A stretch of DNA of 64,000 bases, taken from assembly GCA_965116875.1 (NCBI GenBank), contig OZ220733.1, positions 32,001-96,000 on the forward strand, in the 5' to 3' direction. Numbering within the stretch: position 1 is the stretch's first letter; each line of letters opens with the position of its first letter. Below the pieces are notes generated by a model. It ran no database searches. It worked only from the letters and a program-made list of their open reading frames with translations, and was not told where the DNA came from. This DNA comes from Candidatus Latescibacterota bacterium (GTDB lineage: Bacteria > Latescibacterota > UBA2968 > GCA-2709665). The translations under genes were made by a program, and so were the position numbers. Below are positions 17,317 through 28,105 of this stretch, one piece after another.

Positions 17317-20300
17317 TCAGTTGCGCGAAACCCCGATTGTGCCGCGCAGTCCGTTCACCTGCCATTCCCGGATAAACGGGCCGGCGTCCGGCAGTTGACC
17401 CACCAGCAACTCCTCCGCGAGCGTCTCCCCGCTGACGTATGCCCGAAAGCGGGTGACCGCACGCTCCAGGCAGCCTTCTCCGGAAACCCCCACCTGAATG
17501 CGGTCGACAACCTGCAATCCCATCTCCTTGCGCATGTTCTGTACGCGGTTGACGAATTCCCGCGCCGTACACTCGTCGACCAGCTCTTCGTCGAGGTGGA
17601 CGTCCAGCCCTACGCACAGGTTGTTCTCGACGGCCACCACGAGGTCGTCTTTCTCCCGCCGCTGGATTTCCAGATCCTCAAGACCGATTTCCCCTCCCGC
17701 AACCGCCAGTTTCCCCCCCGCTCGCAGGTGTTCGACCTCCCGCGGCGCCAGTTCGGCGATGCGTCCGGTCACCTCTTTCATGCGCTTCCCGAAACGCGGC
17801 CCCAGCGCCCGGAAGTTGGGCCTGTATGAGATCTCGCTCAACTCGGTCTCGTCCTCCACAAATACCACCTCTTTGATGTTCAGTTCCTCGGCGATCAGGC
17901 CCCGCATGGACGTGAGCGCCTCTCGACCGGCGGTATCGGGCGGAAGCATGTAGACCCGGCGCAGCGGTTGACGCACCTTGAGATTGTGTCGGTTGCGAAG
18001 CGACCGGCCCAGAGCGACCGCACGCATTGCCAGATGCATCTGCGCCTCGAGTCCGGGATCCCGCAACGTCTCATCCGCCTGCGGCATATCGCACAGATGT
18101 ACGCTTTCGGGGGCCTCCCTGTCGACGCTTCTGACCAGATTCTGATAGATCTTCTCGGTCACGAACGGAAGCACGGGCGCCATCGCCTTGACAAGCGTAA
18201 CCAGCACCTCGTAGAGCGTCTCGTAGACCGCCGCCTTGTCCTCGTCGTCTTCCGACTTCCAGAATCGGCGGCGGCTGCGGCGGATGTACCAGTTCGTCAA
18301 CTTTTCAACAAACGAAACCATCACCGGCACGGTCCTGTACAGCCGGTAGGCCGCCATCTCTACATTCATTTCATGCAGCAACGTCTGCAGTTCCGACAGG
18401 ATCCAGCGGTCCAGTTCGTGCGTGCGAGGCGCCCCCCGCGCGCGGGAGGGCGTCCAGCCGTCGATATTCGCGTAGGTGACGAATATGCCGCCATAGGCGT
18501 TCCACAACGGAATGATGACCGATCGCAGACTTTCCTGGATACCGCGTTCGCTGATTCTCAACTCCTCGGCCTTCAGCGCCGGCGAGTTCAACAGATACAG
18601 CCTCAACGCGTCTGCGCCGTACGCGTCCAGCATTTCGGTGGGTTCCGGATAGTTCTTCAGCCGCTTGCTCATCTTGCGTCCGTCCTCGGCAAGCAGCATA
18701 CCGGAAACAATGCAATTCCTGAACGCCGGCTCCTGGAACAGCGCCGCGGCGAGAACCGTCAACGTATAGAACCAGCCCCGGGTCTGATCGAGGCCTTCTG
18801 AAATGAAATCGGCCGGGAAATTCGCCTCGAAAAACGAACGGTTCTCAAACGGATAGTGGGTCTGGGAATAGGGCATGGACCCGGACTCGAACCAGCAATC
18901 CAGCACTTCGGGCACACGCGTCAGGACGCCTCGTCCGGTGGGGCTGGGGATTTCGATGTGATCGATCAGATGCTTGTGCAGGTCATCCACTTTCTCCCCG
19001 CTCAGGCGTTCCAGTTCTTCACGGCTTCCGATGCAGATCGTCTCCTTCGTGTCCTCATTCCGCCAGACGGGCAGAGGCGTGCCCCAGTAGCGGTTCCGGC
19101 TGATCGCCCAGTCGCGCGCATCCTCCAGCCAGCGGCCGAATCGTCCGTCCTTGATGTGCTCCGGCACCCAGCGGACCCGCTGGTTCGAGGCGATCATCTC
19201 TTCCTTGATCGGCTCTATGGCCACGAACCAGGTTGAGATTGCGCGATAAATCAGGGGAGAATCGCATCTCCAGCAGTACGGATAACTGTGAACCAGCGTG
19301 CCCTCGGAAAACAGCAGACCTTCGGTTCGCAACCGCCGCACGATCTGGCGATCCACGTCCTTTACGAATTGACCCGCATATTCCGGCACCGCCTCCGTAA
19401 ACGCGCAATCCTCGTCGATCGGGCACACGACGGGGATGCCGCGTTTGACTCCCAGCTGATAGTCATCCTCACCGAATCCCGGTGCGACGTGCACGATCCC
19501 GGTACCGTCTTCGGTAGACACGAAATCGGCCGCATGCACGCGATACGCGCCCTGATTGGCAAGGTCCGAAAAATAGGGAAACAACGGCTCGTACCGCATT
19601 TCGAGTAGTTCCGCGACGGGTTCCGTCTCGACCCGAAGCACCTCCCCGCCGCAACTGCCGAACACGGCGTCGAATCGCGGTTCCGCAAGGATCAGCTGCT
19701 CTCCGTTTTCCATGTGGACGCGCACGTACGGGATGTCTTCTCCCACCGCGAGCGCCATATTCGATGGCAGCGTCCACGGTGTGGTCGTCCACGCCAGAAT
19801 CGACGTATTCGACTGCCCTCGGACGCGGAATCGCACCGTGATGGATGGATCCCGGGTATCCCGGTAGCCCCCGAGATTCACCTCGAAATTGGAGAGCGGG
19901 GTGGCGCACCTGGGACAATAGGCAAGCGAATAGTATCCCTCATACACCAGGTCCTTCTCCCAGAGGCTCTTGAACACCCACCACACGGACTCCATGAAGT
20001 CCGGATCCATCGTCCGGTATTGGTGGTCCCAGTCCACCCACCGTCCGCACCGCTGGATGACCTGCTTCCACTCCGCGGTATATTGGAGTACCTGTTCACG
20101 GCAGAATTCGTTGAATCTGCCCACGCCGAATGCAAGAATGTCTTTCCTGGACTTCAGCCCCAGCTGCCGCTCGGCCTCGTTCTCTACCGGGAGCCCGTGA
20201 CAATCCCAGCCGAAACGACGGTCCACCCGATATCCGCGCATGGTCCAGTACCGCGGTACGACGTCCTTGATAATGGAGGCCAGCAGGTGACCGTAATGCG

Positions 20301-20487
20301 GAAGCCCGCTGGCAAACGGCGGCCCGTCGTTGAAGATGAACGGATTGGATTCCGGCCGGGTTGCCACCGACTTCGCAAACGTGCGGTTTTCCTCCCAGAA
20401 CCGAAGGGTCTCCCGCTCCATTCCGGGAAAATCCATTCCGCCGGAAACGCCTTCAAACGCCTTGTCTGCCTCTTTAACCGTCGCCAT
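17317..20487 (-). CDS. ileS: Isoleucyl-tRNA synthetase (type 2)
   Basis: DGPPFASGLPHYGH, GWDCHGLP, WTTTPWTL, EGLDQTRGWF and KMSKR motifs. Confidence 0.97.
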   Translation of the reverse strand: MATVKEADKAFEGVSGGMDFPGMERETLRFWEENRTFAKSVATRPESNPFIFNDGPPFASGLPHYGHLLASIIKDVVPRYWTMRGYRVDRRFGWDCHGLPVENEAERQLGLKSRKDILAFGVGRFNEFCREQVLQYTAEWKQVIQRCGRWVDWDHQYRTMDPDFMESVWWVFKSLWEKDLVYEGYYSLAYCPRCATPLSNFEVNLGGYRDTRDPSITVRFRVRGQSNTSILAWTTTPWTLPSNMALAVGEDIPYVRVHMENGEQLILAEPRFDAVFGSCGGEVLRVETEPVAELLEMRYEPLFPYFSDLANQGAYRVHAADFVSTEDGTGIVHVAPGFGEDDYQLGVKRGIPVVCPIDEDCAFTEAVPEYAGQFVKDVDRQIVRRLRTEGLLFSEGTLVHSYPYCWRCDSPLIYRAISTWFVAIEPIKEEMIASNQRVRWVPEHIKDGRFGRWLEDARDWAISRNRYWGTPLPVWRNEDTKETICIGSREELERLSGEKVDDLHKHLIDHIEIPSPTGRGVLTRVPEVLDCWFESGSMPYSQTHYPFENRSFFEANFPADFISEGLDQTRGWFYTLTVLAAALFQEPAFRNCIVSGMLLAEDGRKMSKRLKNYPEPTEMLDAYGADALRLYLLNSPALKAEELRISERGIQESLRSVIIPLWNAYGGIFVTYANIDGWTPSRARGAPRTHELDRWILSELQTLLHEMNVEMAAYRLYRTVPVMVSFVEKLTNWYIRRSRRRFWKSEDDEDKAAVYETLYEVLVTLVKAMAPVLPFVTEKIYQNLVRSVDREAPESVHLCDMPQADETLRDPGLEAQMHLAMRAVALGRSLRNRHNLKVRQPLRRVYMLPPDTAGREALTSMRGLIAEELNIKEVVFVEDETELSEISYRPNFRALGPRFGKRMKEVTGRIAELAPREVEHLRAGGKLAVAGGEIGLEDLEIQRREKDDLVVAVENNLCVGLDVHLDEELVDECTAREFVNRVQNMRKEMGLQVVDRIQVGVSGEGCLERAVTRFRAYVSGETLAEELLVGQLPDAGPFIREWQVNGLRGTIGVSRN

Positions 20488-20625
20488 GAGCGCTATTCAC
20501 TGTCGTTGTGGTATTCGGGGAAACTGCGGACCATTCCGGTCTCGTCGTCGATGAGGTCCCGCGAACTGACGCGCCGTAATGCAGACCGGTTCAGAAGGAA
20601 GCGCCCTGCCTGAGATTGCAGGGAT

Positions 20626-21096
20626 CTATCGAGTCGGCTGTCCATTCACCATCGCGACAATCCGGGGCTGGTTCTCCCGTAACAGGGCCTTCTGTTCCGG
20701 CCACGTCATCACGGGCAGCCTGTCGATCGGAAACCAGTCCACGACTTCGTGATTTTCGACGTCGGCAGGCACGACGTCCACCTGTTCGGTCCGGTACAGG
20801 AAATAATGCGTGGTCTTCCACTCCGTTCGACGATAGTTCATCCTTGCCCGAACGCCCATCGGCCGGACCAACTTCAGTTCCGTAAACCCCGCCTCCTCCT
20901 CGATCTCCCGGCGCGCAGCCTCCTCGACGGACTCGCCCGCATCCACGTGTCCCTTGGGAAGTACGTACTCCTCGTAGGACTTCTCGCGAATCAGCGCCAC
21001 CATCACCCGGCCGTCTTCCACCCTGACAACCACGCCCCCCGCCGCCACGGCTTCCGGTACGCCACCGGGTCTTCTGTACCATCGTTCGTCGATCAT
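20626..21096 (-). CDS. NUDIX hydrolase
   Basis: PKGHVDAGESVEEAARREIEEEAG Nudix box. Confidence 0.9.
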   Translation of the reverse strand: MIDERWYRRPGGVPEAVAAGGVVVRVEDGRVMVALIREKSYEEYVLPKGHVDAGESVEEAARREIEEEAGFTELKLVRPMGVRARMNYRRTEWKTTHYFLYRTEQVDVVPADVENHEVVDWFPIDRLPVMTWPEQKALLRENQPRIVAMVNGQPTR

Positions 21097-21980
21097 CCCG
21101 TCCCGTCCAGATAGTGTCCATAAAGGACGCGCAGCCGGTGTTTCGCCTCATCGGAAACCGCGCCTGGCGCCGTTATAATCGCATCCCGCGCAGAGCGCTG
21201 GCACTCGCAATCCGTCGCTTCCGGCAGCAGCCCCGAGATTTCCTTCACCACCGCATTGGCCGTCCGTGTATTCGCCTTCAGGATAGCCAGAACCGACTCG
21301 ATATCGACGTCCCCTTCCTGCTCGTGCCAGCAATCGTAGTCCGTACCCATGGACAGGACGGCGTAACACATTTCCGCCTCACGGGCCAGTTTGGCCTCCG
21401 GAATCGCCGTCATTCCGATCACCGTAGCGTCGGCGGCCCGGCGATAAAAGTGCGATTCCGCCCGGGTGGAAAACTGCGGCCCTTCCATGCAGACATACGT
21501 ACCGCCGTCGTGGACCGCAGCGCCCGCTGCCTTTGCAGCCTGAACGACAAGACCGCGCATTTCAGCACAAAACGGGTCGGCGAAGGACACGTGTCCCACC
21601 ACCCCGCCCCCGAAAAACGTGGACGCCCGATTCCCCATGGTGCGATCGAAGACCTGATCCGGAACGATCATGTCTCCCGGCGCGATGTGTTCCTTCATGA
21701 TTCCCACGGCGCCCACAGCGAGGACATGGGTAATACTCAGCTGTTTCAGGGCGTGTATATTGGCGCGGTACGGCACCTCGGACGGCAACAATCTGTGTCC
21801 GCGCCCATGCCGGGGCAGAAAGAACACCGTGCGTCCGTCTATGTCCACCTCCGCCAGCAGGTCCGAGGGCTGTCCGAATGGCGTGTCCACCTCGTGCTCC
21901 CGCACAATCCTGACGCCTTCCATCTCGTAGAACCCGGACCCGCCGATGACGCCAAGTCGTAACGGCTTCGTGCCTGTCAT
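21093..21980 (-). CDS. mtnP: S-methyl-5'-thioadenosine phosphorylase
   Basis: GVIGGSG, FLPRHG, EGPQFSTRAES, GMT..PEAKLAREAE and TDYDCW motifs. Confidence 0.92.
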   Translation of the reverse strand: MTGTKPLRLGVIGGSGFYEMEGVRIVREHEVDTPFGQPSDLLAEVDIDGRTVFFLPRHGRGHRLLPSEVPYRANIHALKQLSITHVLAVGAVGIMKEHIAPGDMIVPDQVFDRTMGNRASTFFGGGVVGHVSFADPFCAEMRGLVVQAAKAAGAAVHDGGTYVCMEGPQFSTRAESHFYRRAADATVIGMTAIPEAKLAREAEMCYAVLSMGTDYDCWHEQEGDVDIESVLAILKANTRTANAVVKEISGLLPEATDCECQRSARDAIITAPGAVSDEAKHRLRVLYGHYLDGTG

Positions 21981-22050
21981 GGATCCGCCCCACTCCCGCC
22001 GGGAACAACCCGGTCCCGCAACGCCGCGCGTTTGGTGCACGCTCGGAAAA

Positions 22051-22614
22051 TCAGTCTGCCGACTGCGCGTCTTCTCCGTTCGGAACCTGGCCGTTGCCGA
22101 CTTTCACGTACGCTTTCTCACCGCCGTTGCTCCCGTCGACACCGTCGCAATCATCGTCTGACAACTGAGCCAGGAATTCGGTATGCGCCTGCAGGAGGGA
22201 CTGAAACCTGGCGACGAACATGTCCCTTCGACCCTTTAGATTCACCATCTCGTTCCGCATCTGCCGCACCTGCGCGCGCGCTTTCTCCACGGCGCGATTT
22301 CCCAGCGCCTCGGCCTCCTTCACAATCAGCCTGCCCTCCGTCCGGGCGTTCTCGCGAACGTCATCCGCCGTAAGCTGCGCCGTCTTCAGCATTTCCTGCA
22401 ACGTCGCCTCCATCTGCGCGTACTGCTCCACCTTCTCCTTCAAACCGGCCTCGCGCTCCAGTGCCTGCAAGCGTTCGCGGTTCAGCGTCTCAAATGCATC
22501 CGCGACCGTTTCCAGAAATGCCGCCACTTCATCCGGGTCGAGACCACGAAAAACCCGTTTGAACTCCTGCTTGCGGATATCCAGCGAATTCAGCTTCACG
22601 GGAACCACCTCCAT
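22051..22614 (-). CDS. divIVA: DivIVA-domain protein
   Basis: LDIRKQEFKRVFRGLDPDEVAAFL followed by coiled coil. Confidence 0.88.
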   Translation of the reverse strand: MEVVPVKLNSLDIRKQEFKRVFRGLDPDEVAAFLETVADAFETLNRERLQALEREAGLKEKVEQYAQMEATLQEMLKTAQLTADDVRENARTEGRLIVKEAEALGNRAVEKARAQVRQMRNEMVNLKGRRDMFVARFQSLLQAHTEFLAQLSDDDCDGVDGSNGGEKAYVKVGNGQVPNGEDAQSAD

Positions 22615-22765
22615 AAACGTCCTCGGCGCCGGCTGCGCCGGGATGGATCGGGCGGACGGCAGGGGATGCCGCCCCGCGGGGAGAGGAAAAGCGTGAACGA
22701 GGATTCAGGACCCGGCAATGAGGCGCCGTCGGCCGAAAAAACTGTCCGGTACCCGGCTCAGACAC

Positions 22766-23368
22766 CTACGACGCGCCCAGTCCGAAGACGGCCAGAACCG
22801 CACCTTTTGCGAAATTCAACAGCAGGATCAACAGTATCGGCGACAGATCGAACATCCCAAGCGGCGGAATCATGCGCCGGAACGGGGCCATGACGGGCTC
22901 GGTAAGCGCATACAGCGTCCAGATCAGCCGCCCGCTTTGCAGAAAGGGCATCCAGGAAACGATGATGCGGGCGAGGATCAACACCAGGAAGACCGAAATC
23001 GCGCCATAGAAGAGCCAGCCGATGACCTGAAGAAAGGCCACGTTCATCAATGCCCGGACCACCCCTTCCATCGCCAGCAGCACATCGTTGCTGACCCACT
23101 TCAGAAAAAACGCGGCCAACAGCGCTGCCAGAATCACAAACAGCGGCGCAATGCTGAGACTGTTGGACGCCGGCAGGCTCTGCGCAACCGGCCAGATCAT
23201 GGGGTCGGTCCACTCCCGAACAACCTGAGCAAGCCGTCCAAAGGGCTGCGCCCTGAACAGTATCCAACGCAGAACCATCAGGACGACAACAACGACAACC
23301 ACCGCGAATGCGGCGAAATTTACGGCTGCACGCAAATATTCGATTACCTGCAACAAGACGTATAACAT
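22766..23368 (-). CDS. yggT: YggT family membrane protein (two YGGT repeats)
   Basis: LTEPVMAPFRRMIPPLGMFDLSP; located between yggS and divIVA. Confidence 0.88.
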   Translation of the reverse strand: MLYVLLQVIEYLRAAVNFAAFAVVVVVVVLMVLRWILFRAQPFGRLAQVVREWTDPMIWPVAQSLPASNSLSIAPLFVILAALLAAFFLKWVSNDVLLAMEGVVRALMNVAFLQVIGWLFYGAISVFLVLILARIIVSWMPFLQSGRLIWTLYALTEPVMAPFRRMIPPLGMFDLSPILLILLLNFAKGAVLAVFGLGAS

Positions 23369-23426
23369 TGCGATCCTTATCCTGGCAGCGCCGCCGCCAC
23401 CGACCGTGGGACGCGCCGTCCCCGCG

Positions 23427-24116
23427 TCATTGCCTTGAACCGAAGACCGCCGAGCCGACGCGCACCATCGTGGCGCCTTCCTCTATCGCCACTTCGAAAT
23501 CCCCCGTCATCCCCATTGACAGATGTGTCATCGACACACCCGGGATGCGCGCCGATTCAATCTCTTCACCCAGTTCCCGCAGTTGAACGAAACACGGTCG
23601 TACCGCTTCCGGCTCCGGAAGGAACAAGCCTATGGTCATCAACCCCTCCACACCCACACCTTCCACCTCCGATATCCGTCCGACAAGGTCGACCGCCGCG
23701 TGAGGCGCGGCTCCGAACTGCGATTCAGCCCCGGAGGTATTCACCTGTACGAGCGTCCGCGCGGAAATTCCGGCCTGTACCGCGCGTTTTCCAATCTCCT
23801 TTGCAAGCCGCAGACTGTCGACCGAGTGGATCAACTCGAACATGCGCAGCGCACTCTTCACCTTGTTGCGCTGCAGATGTCCCACGAGATGCCATTCCAC
23901 GGCATCCGTGACGTTGTCTACCTTCGTCTCGGCTTCCTGCACGCGGTTTTCGCCCAGCACCCGGACGCCCGCTTCCACCGCCTCCCCGATGGCCTCCACG
24001 GGCTTTGTCTTGGAGACCGCGACGAGGGTCACGTCCCGCGCCTGCCGCCCCGCGCGCTCCGCGGCCCGGGCGATGCGTTCCAGGACCCGTTTCAGATTCT
24101 CGGAAATCGACGTCAT
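23427..24116 (-). CDS. yggS: PLP homeostasis protein
   Basis: LVAVSKT, GENRVQE, WHLVGHLQRNK, LSMGMTGD and VRVGSAVFG motifs. Confidence 0.95.
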   Translation of the reverse strand: MTSISENLKRVLERIARAAERAGRQARDVTLVAVSKTKPVEAIGEAVEAGVRVLGENRVQEAETKVDNVTDAVEWHLVGHLQRNKVKSALRMFELIHSVDSLRLAKEIGKRAVQAGISARTLVQVNTSGAESQFGAAPHAAVDLVGRISEVEGVGVEGLMTIGLFLPEPEAVRPCFVQLRELGEEIESARIPGVSMTHLSMGMTGDFEVAIEEGATMVRVGSAVFGSRQ

Positions 24117-24277
24117 TGGCGTTGCGCCGAAACGAAAAACGGTGAATTGGCGTTCCGATACAGAACGGTAAATTTACAATAAGAAGGACTAATCCGCAAC
24201 CGATTCGCTGACCGACAGGCCCGAAATTCGTCAACGCGCTGAATCGGTATGCTCCCAAATAACTAAAAACAGGGATG

Positions 24278-26935
24278 TTACGCGGAAGTTCGTTTACAAT
24301 CGACGTGCCCGGCATGGTCTGCCGGATCGCAGGAAACAGGGGACCCGCTCCCGTCGCCGTGGATTTCGACGACACCACGACTCCCATCCACGGTTACGAA
24401 GTCTCCGGTGTGAATGCGCCGCGTGGCGCCCGGCACTCCAACGACCGCGGGAACCTGGTATTCCCGGGCGATCACCGAACTGTGGTTCAGTACCCCGCCA
24501 ATTTCCGTGACCACCGCGCTCACCCGCCGGAAGAGCGGCGTCCATCCCGGATCTGTACCCAGCGCGACCAGCACTTCCCCCTGCCCGAGCGCCCCGAACT
24601 CCTCCGGTCCGCGTATCAGCCTGGCGAATCCGGTTGCGGTTCCCGGGCTGGTTCCAACGCCCTCCAGCCGTTGTGCATCCTGACTGTTGTCGGCGACCGG
24701 ATTCTCGCCGCGCCCGTCAATCCAGAAATAAAACGGCTGTCTGATGCGCGCGCGTTCGAAATCCGCGATCCTTCGATCAATTTCATCTTCGGATGGTACG
24801 GAGCCCCCCTGGAACGCGTTCTCGACCTCGGAACAGGTCAGGAAGAACACGTCATCCTTCCGTCGAAGCTGCCCTCGCGATACGAGATGGTCTGCGAGGC
24901 CCAGATAAACAGCCCGGTACCCGGCGAACAATCTGTCGAGGTGGAACCGCAATTCCTCACGAAGTCCAAGATAGATCCTCGCATATCTCAATACGTACCG
25001 AAACACCAGGGCCCGCACCGCTCCGCAGGGCTTTTCGGACAGACACTTGAATACCTTCGATTCCGCCGTCTGCATCGTTTCCAGCGGATCCTTCCGTGGC
25101 GATACGGGTTCCGCGCCGAGGTTCTGCCGGAGCATCTGCACGACGATTTCCGGGCGTTCCCGCCAGCGCGCAACGGTGAAATCCCGATTTGCGGCACGTA
25201 CCCCGTACAACTGGATGAACGCCTCGAACCTGGATGCAAAGCGGCCTTCGCCCGCCCGCAGATGTTTCAGGAACGCCGCGTCCGTACCGGTTTCCAACCT
25301 CCGCCGCAGCCCGGCGTCGCTCCGGACCTCCTCCGTCAGTTCCTCCAGGGCGGCGTTGGCCTCCGACGTCTTGTTCCTTACGGGGACCATCAGCAGATCC
25401 TTGAAAACAGTCATATCGAGCTCCGCCCAACGGACCACCGTCATTCGCAGCACCCAGATGCAGTTCATCGCGAATGCGTAGCTCCACTGGTTGACGTGCC
25501 CCTGCTGGCGCATGGCCAGATCCGTGAGACGGTCTGCGGCCGTGAGCAGGTCATCCGGAGCCCGCGACGAGGATATCTGGCGCTCTATGGCACGAATCCG
25601 CCGGCTGAAAACCGGGAAAAACGCCTGCCTGACCCGCCGATGATTGCTGTGAATCAGGCCGTAGGGTTCCGTCATCAGAAGCCCCGGCAGGCGCAGCAGC
25701 GCCGGGAGAATCCGCCGCCAGGTCCGCGGTGAACCTTTTACCTCCTCCCGGAGACTCCGGGGCAGAATCTCAAGGGCGTCATCTGCCGTCAGCCTTTCAG
25801 GGATCAGCCGGAGCGCCTGCGCCACGGCGTCCGCGTTCACGTACATGTAACCGTCGATCACCTTCAAGATGTCATCGCGTATCAATGCTTTCAGGCCCAG
25901 GCGCCGCGCGGGACGCTGGAAGGTATAGGCTTCGCTCAGACGACCCGCAATGATGGACGCGGCCATCGGACAGAGGGCCTCGGACCAGAGGTCGTCGCAG
26001 ATCCCCCGTGACCACACGCCGCGCGGACGGGACACGTCCGTCGTAATCGGACGCGTCTGCAGGAGAAACAACCGGCCCCCGGAAAACGCCCATTCGACGT
26101 CCTGGGGCCGGCCCCCGGAAAACGCCTCGATCTTCGTGCCCTGCCGCCAGAGCGTGCGCAGTTCATCGGGACAAAGCGCTTCGGCATTCCGGAGCTCCTC
26201 CGGCATGGGTTCGGCCCGGCGGTCGCCCGGCAGGAGCCGCCACAGCTTCTTCGCGATACGTTTCTCGACAACCCGGCCCGTGTTCCGGTCCAGCACGTAG
26301 GAATCGGGCGAAACCTCCCCTCCCACCACCGTCTCGCCGAGCCCCCAGTTTGCCTCCACGAAAAAACCCGGTGCGCCTGATGCCACCGGGTTCTGCGTGA
26401 ACAGGATGCCGGACTTCTCCGCATCCACCATTTCCTGGACCACAACCGCAATACGGGGAATCAGATCCGGGGCGTAGGTTCGCAAGCGGACGTTCCAGGC
26501 GGACGCCCAGCACATCCGGACGTGTTCGAGTACGGAAGCGACGTCCGTCAGATTCAGGTACGTCTCGAACTGACCGGCAAACGCGAACGCGCTGCCGTCC
26601 TCCGAGGCGCCGGACGACCGCACGGCAACGGGTGTTGCGCCCTGTCGGAGGAGCGATTCGGAAGACGTCCTGATGGCCTGTTCCACGTATCCGGGAAACG
26701 AACCCCGGGCAACCGTCTCCTCGGTCGCACCGGCAGGATCAAGGCCATTGTGTTGCAGAAACCGTGTACAGGCGTCCGCCGTCACGCAGAATCCGTCCGG
26801 AACGCGGAATCCCCCGACAAGCAGACGCCCCAGGTTTCGCGCTTTTCCGCCAACCTGATCGAGCGAAGCACGGGAGGCCCGCGCGAGATCAACAACGATT
26901 TCGGTCATTTCAGCCATGGCAACGCTCAGAGTCAT
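24278..26935 (-). CDS. PEP-utilising enzyme of Rph/PigC architecture (ATP-grasp, central domain, His swivel)
   Basis: VGGKARNL, AVRSSG..ED...FAGQFET, LLQTRPIT; C-terminal TDPGWTPLF...GGVLNHSSVIAREY. Confidence 0.85.
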   Translation of the reverse strand: MTLSVAMAEMTEIVVDLARASRASLDQVGGKARNLGRLLVGGFRVPDGFCVTADACTRFLQHNGLDPAGATEETVARGSFPGYVEQAIRTSSESLLRQGATPVAVRSSGASEDGSAFAFAGQFETYLNLTDVASVLEHVRMCWASAWNVRLRTYAPDLIPRIAVVVQEMVDAEKSGILFTQNPVASGAPGFFVEANWGLGETVVGGEVSPDSYVLDRNTGRVVEKRIAKKLWRLLPGDRRAEPMPEELRNAEALCPDELRTLWRQGTKIEAFSGGRPQDVEWAFSGGRLFLLQTRPITTDVSRPRGVWSRGICDDLWSEALCPMAASIIAGRLSEAYTFQRPARRLGLKALIRDDILKVIDGYMYVNADAVAQALRLIPERLTADDALEILPRSLREEVKGSPRTWRRILPALLRLPGLLMTEPYGLIHSNHRRVRQAFFPVFSRRIRAIERQISSSRAPDDLLTAADRLTDLAMRQQGHVNQWSYAFAMNCIWVLRMTVVRWAELDMTVFKDLLMVPVRNKTSEANAALEELTEEVRSDAGLRRRLETGTDAAFLKHLRAGEGRFASRFEAFIQLYGVRAANRDFTVARWRERPEIVVQMLRQNLGAEPVSPRKDPLETMQTAESKVFKCLSEKPCGAVRALVFRYVLRYARIYLGLREELRFHLDRLFAGYRAVYLGLADHLVSRGQLRRKDDVFFLTCSEVENAFQGGSVPSEDEIDRRIADFERARIRQPFYFWIDGRGENPVADNSQDAQRLEGVGTSPGTATGFARLIRGPEEFGALGQGEVLVALGTDPGWTPLFRRVSAVVTEIGGVLNHSSVIAREYQVPAVVGVPGATRRIHTGDFVTVDGSRGVVEIHGDGSGSPVSCDPADHAGHVDCKRTSA

Positions 26936-27007
26936 CTCCCGGTACGCTCGCGTTCAGCCCGTTGAACATCGGCCGTGCAAGGCGTCTGCCGAAGTTTGAA
27001 CCACCCG

Positions 27008-27997
27008 CTAACGGTCCGTCTTGAGCGCCTGCAGAAACCCGTGCATCTGCCCGACGCAGAGTGCTATATAGGCCCGCCCTTCCGCGTCACCGGCCAACTT
27101 CATAATATGGTCGTAGTCTATGGCGCCATCGAAACCCGCTTCGTGCAATGCCCGGACCACCTGAAACATGTTCAGGTCTCCCAGGTCCGGACTTACCTCC
27201 TCATACCCCCCGGTTTCAGGAATGGTTCCCCGTACGTTTCGAAAATGCACGTGAAAGATCCTTCCCTGCCCGCCAAACCGACGAATCCCCTCGAATACGT
27301 CTTCGCCCGACTCGTACCGCGTGCCGACGCAGAAGGTCATCCCGTTTGCGGGCGACGGCACCTCGGAGAACAGTCGATCGAACGACGCGAAATCGTACAG
27401 AATCTGAGGTACGCCATACAAACTGGGCACGGGTGGGTCATTCCCATGCATTGCGACCCGTGTGCCCACGGCCTCGGCGACCGGCACAGTCGCCCGAAAA
27501 ATCTCCAACGTCCGTTCCCAGAGTTCCTCGTGCGTGGGCGCGTCGTCCCGCGCAGGTCTGTTCAGCGCGTCCCGCAAATCGACCCTCAGGTGCCGATAGC
27601 CGCCGCGGCCTTCCACCCACTCGAACACGCCGCGAGGCAACCCTCCGAACTGGGCGGCCTGGAAGCACTGAATCCCCACGACGGGAAATCCGGTTTCCCC
27701 GCAGAGCGCGACGTTCGCCACGAGATGATCCAGTTCCTCAGCGGCACCCGATTCACCCAGGAAGACAGCGCGCATATAGTTGTTCGTGGCGTTCGCCCGT
27801 TCGATCTTGAGGCCGGCGCCGTCCACCACCTCCACCACGCGCTCCAGGCTTTCGCGACTCAGTCGCCCGGACTCCCTGTACCCCGGGAAAATGTCCAGCG
27901 TCACGTCCACCACGTCCACGCCGATCTGACGCAGGAACCGCAGGTCCTCCGGCCGGTCCAGCCAACCGGGATCGATACGCGTACCTATTTTTATCAC
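27008..27997 (-). CDS. Mannonate dehydratase (UxuA) family protein
   Basis: VAMHGNDPP, FCVGT, HVHFRNV and IDYDH motifs; start uncertain. Confidence 0.8.
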   Translation of the reverse strand: MIKIGTRIDPGWLDRPEDLRFLRQIGVDVVDVTLDIFPGYRESGRLSRESLERVVEVVDGAGLKIERANATNNYMRAVFLGESGAAEELDHLVANVALCGETGFPVVGIQCFQAAQFGGLPRGVFEWVEGRGGYRHLRVDLRDALNRPARDDAPTHEELWERTLEIFRATVPVAEAVGTRVAMHGNDPPVPSLYGVPQILYDFASFDRLFSEVPSPANGMTFCVGTRYESGEDVFEGIRRFGGQGRIFHVHFRNVRGTIPETGGYEEVSPDLGDLNMFQVVRALHEAGFDGAIDYDHIMKLAGDAEGRAYIALCVGQMHGFLQALKTDR

Positions 27998-28105
27998 GGG
28001 ATTCCTTCCTGGCGATGAATTCATTTTTGCCGATCCGCGAGCAGGCCTATATTGCTTCCGTTCCGGCAAGAACCGAAAACCCGTTTTCCATGGAGCTCTT
28101 CCGAG

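Noticed and set aside
20488-20625. Possible T-box leader upstream of ileS
   Set aside because: No GGTGGTACCGCG-like T-box sequence on the - strand, and the gap is short.
24278-26935. Calling this gene rifampin resistance (rph) or ppsA
   Set aside because: Domain order alone does not establish the substrate, and it lacks the C-terminal barrel of PpsA.
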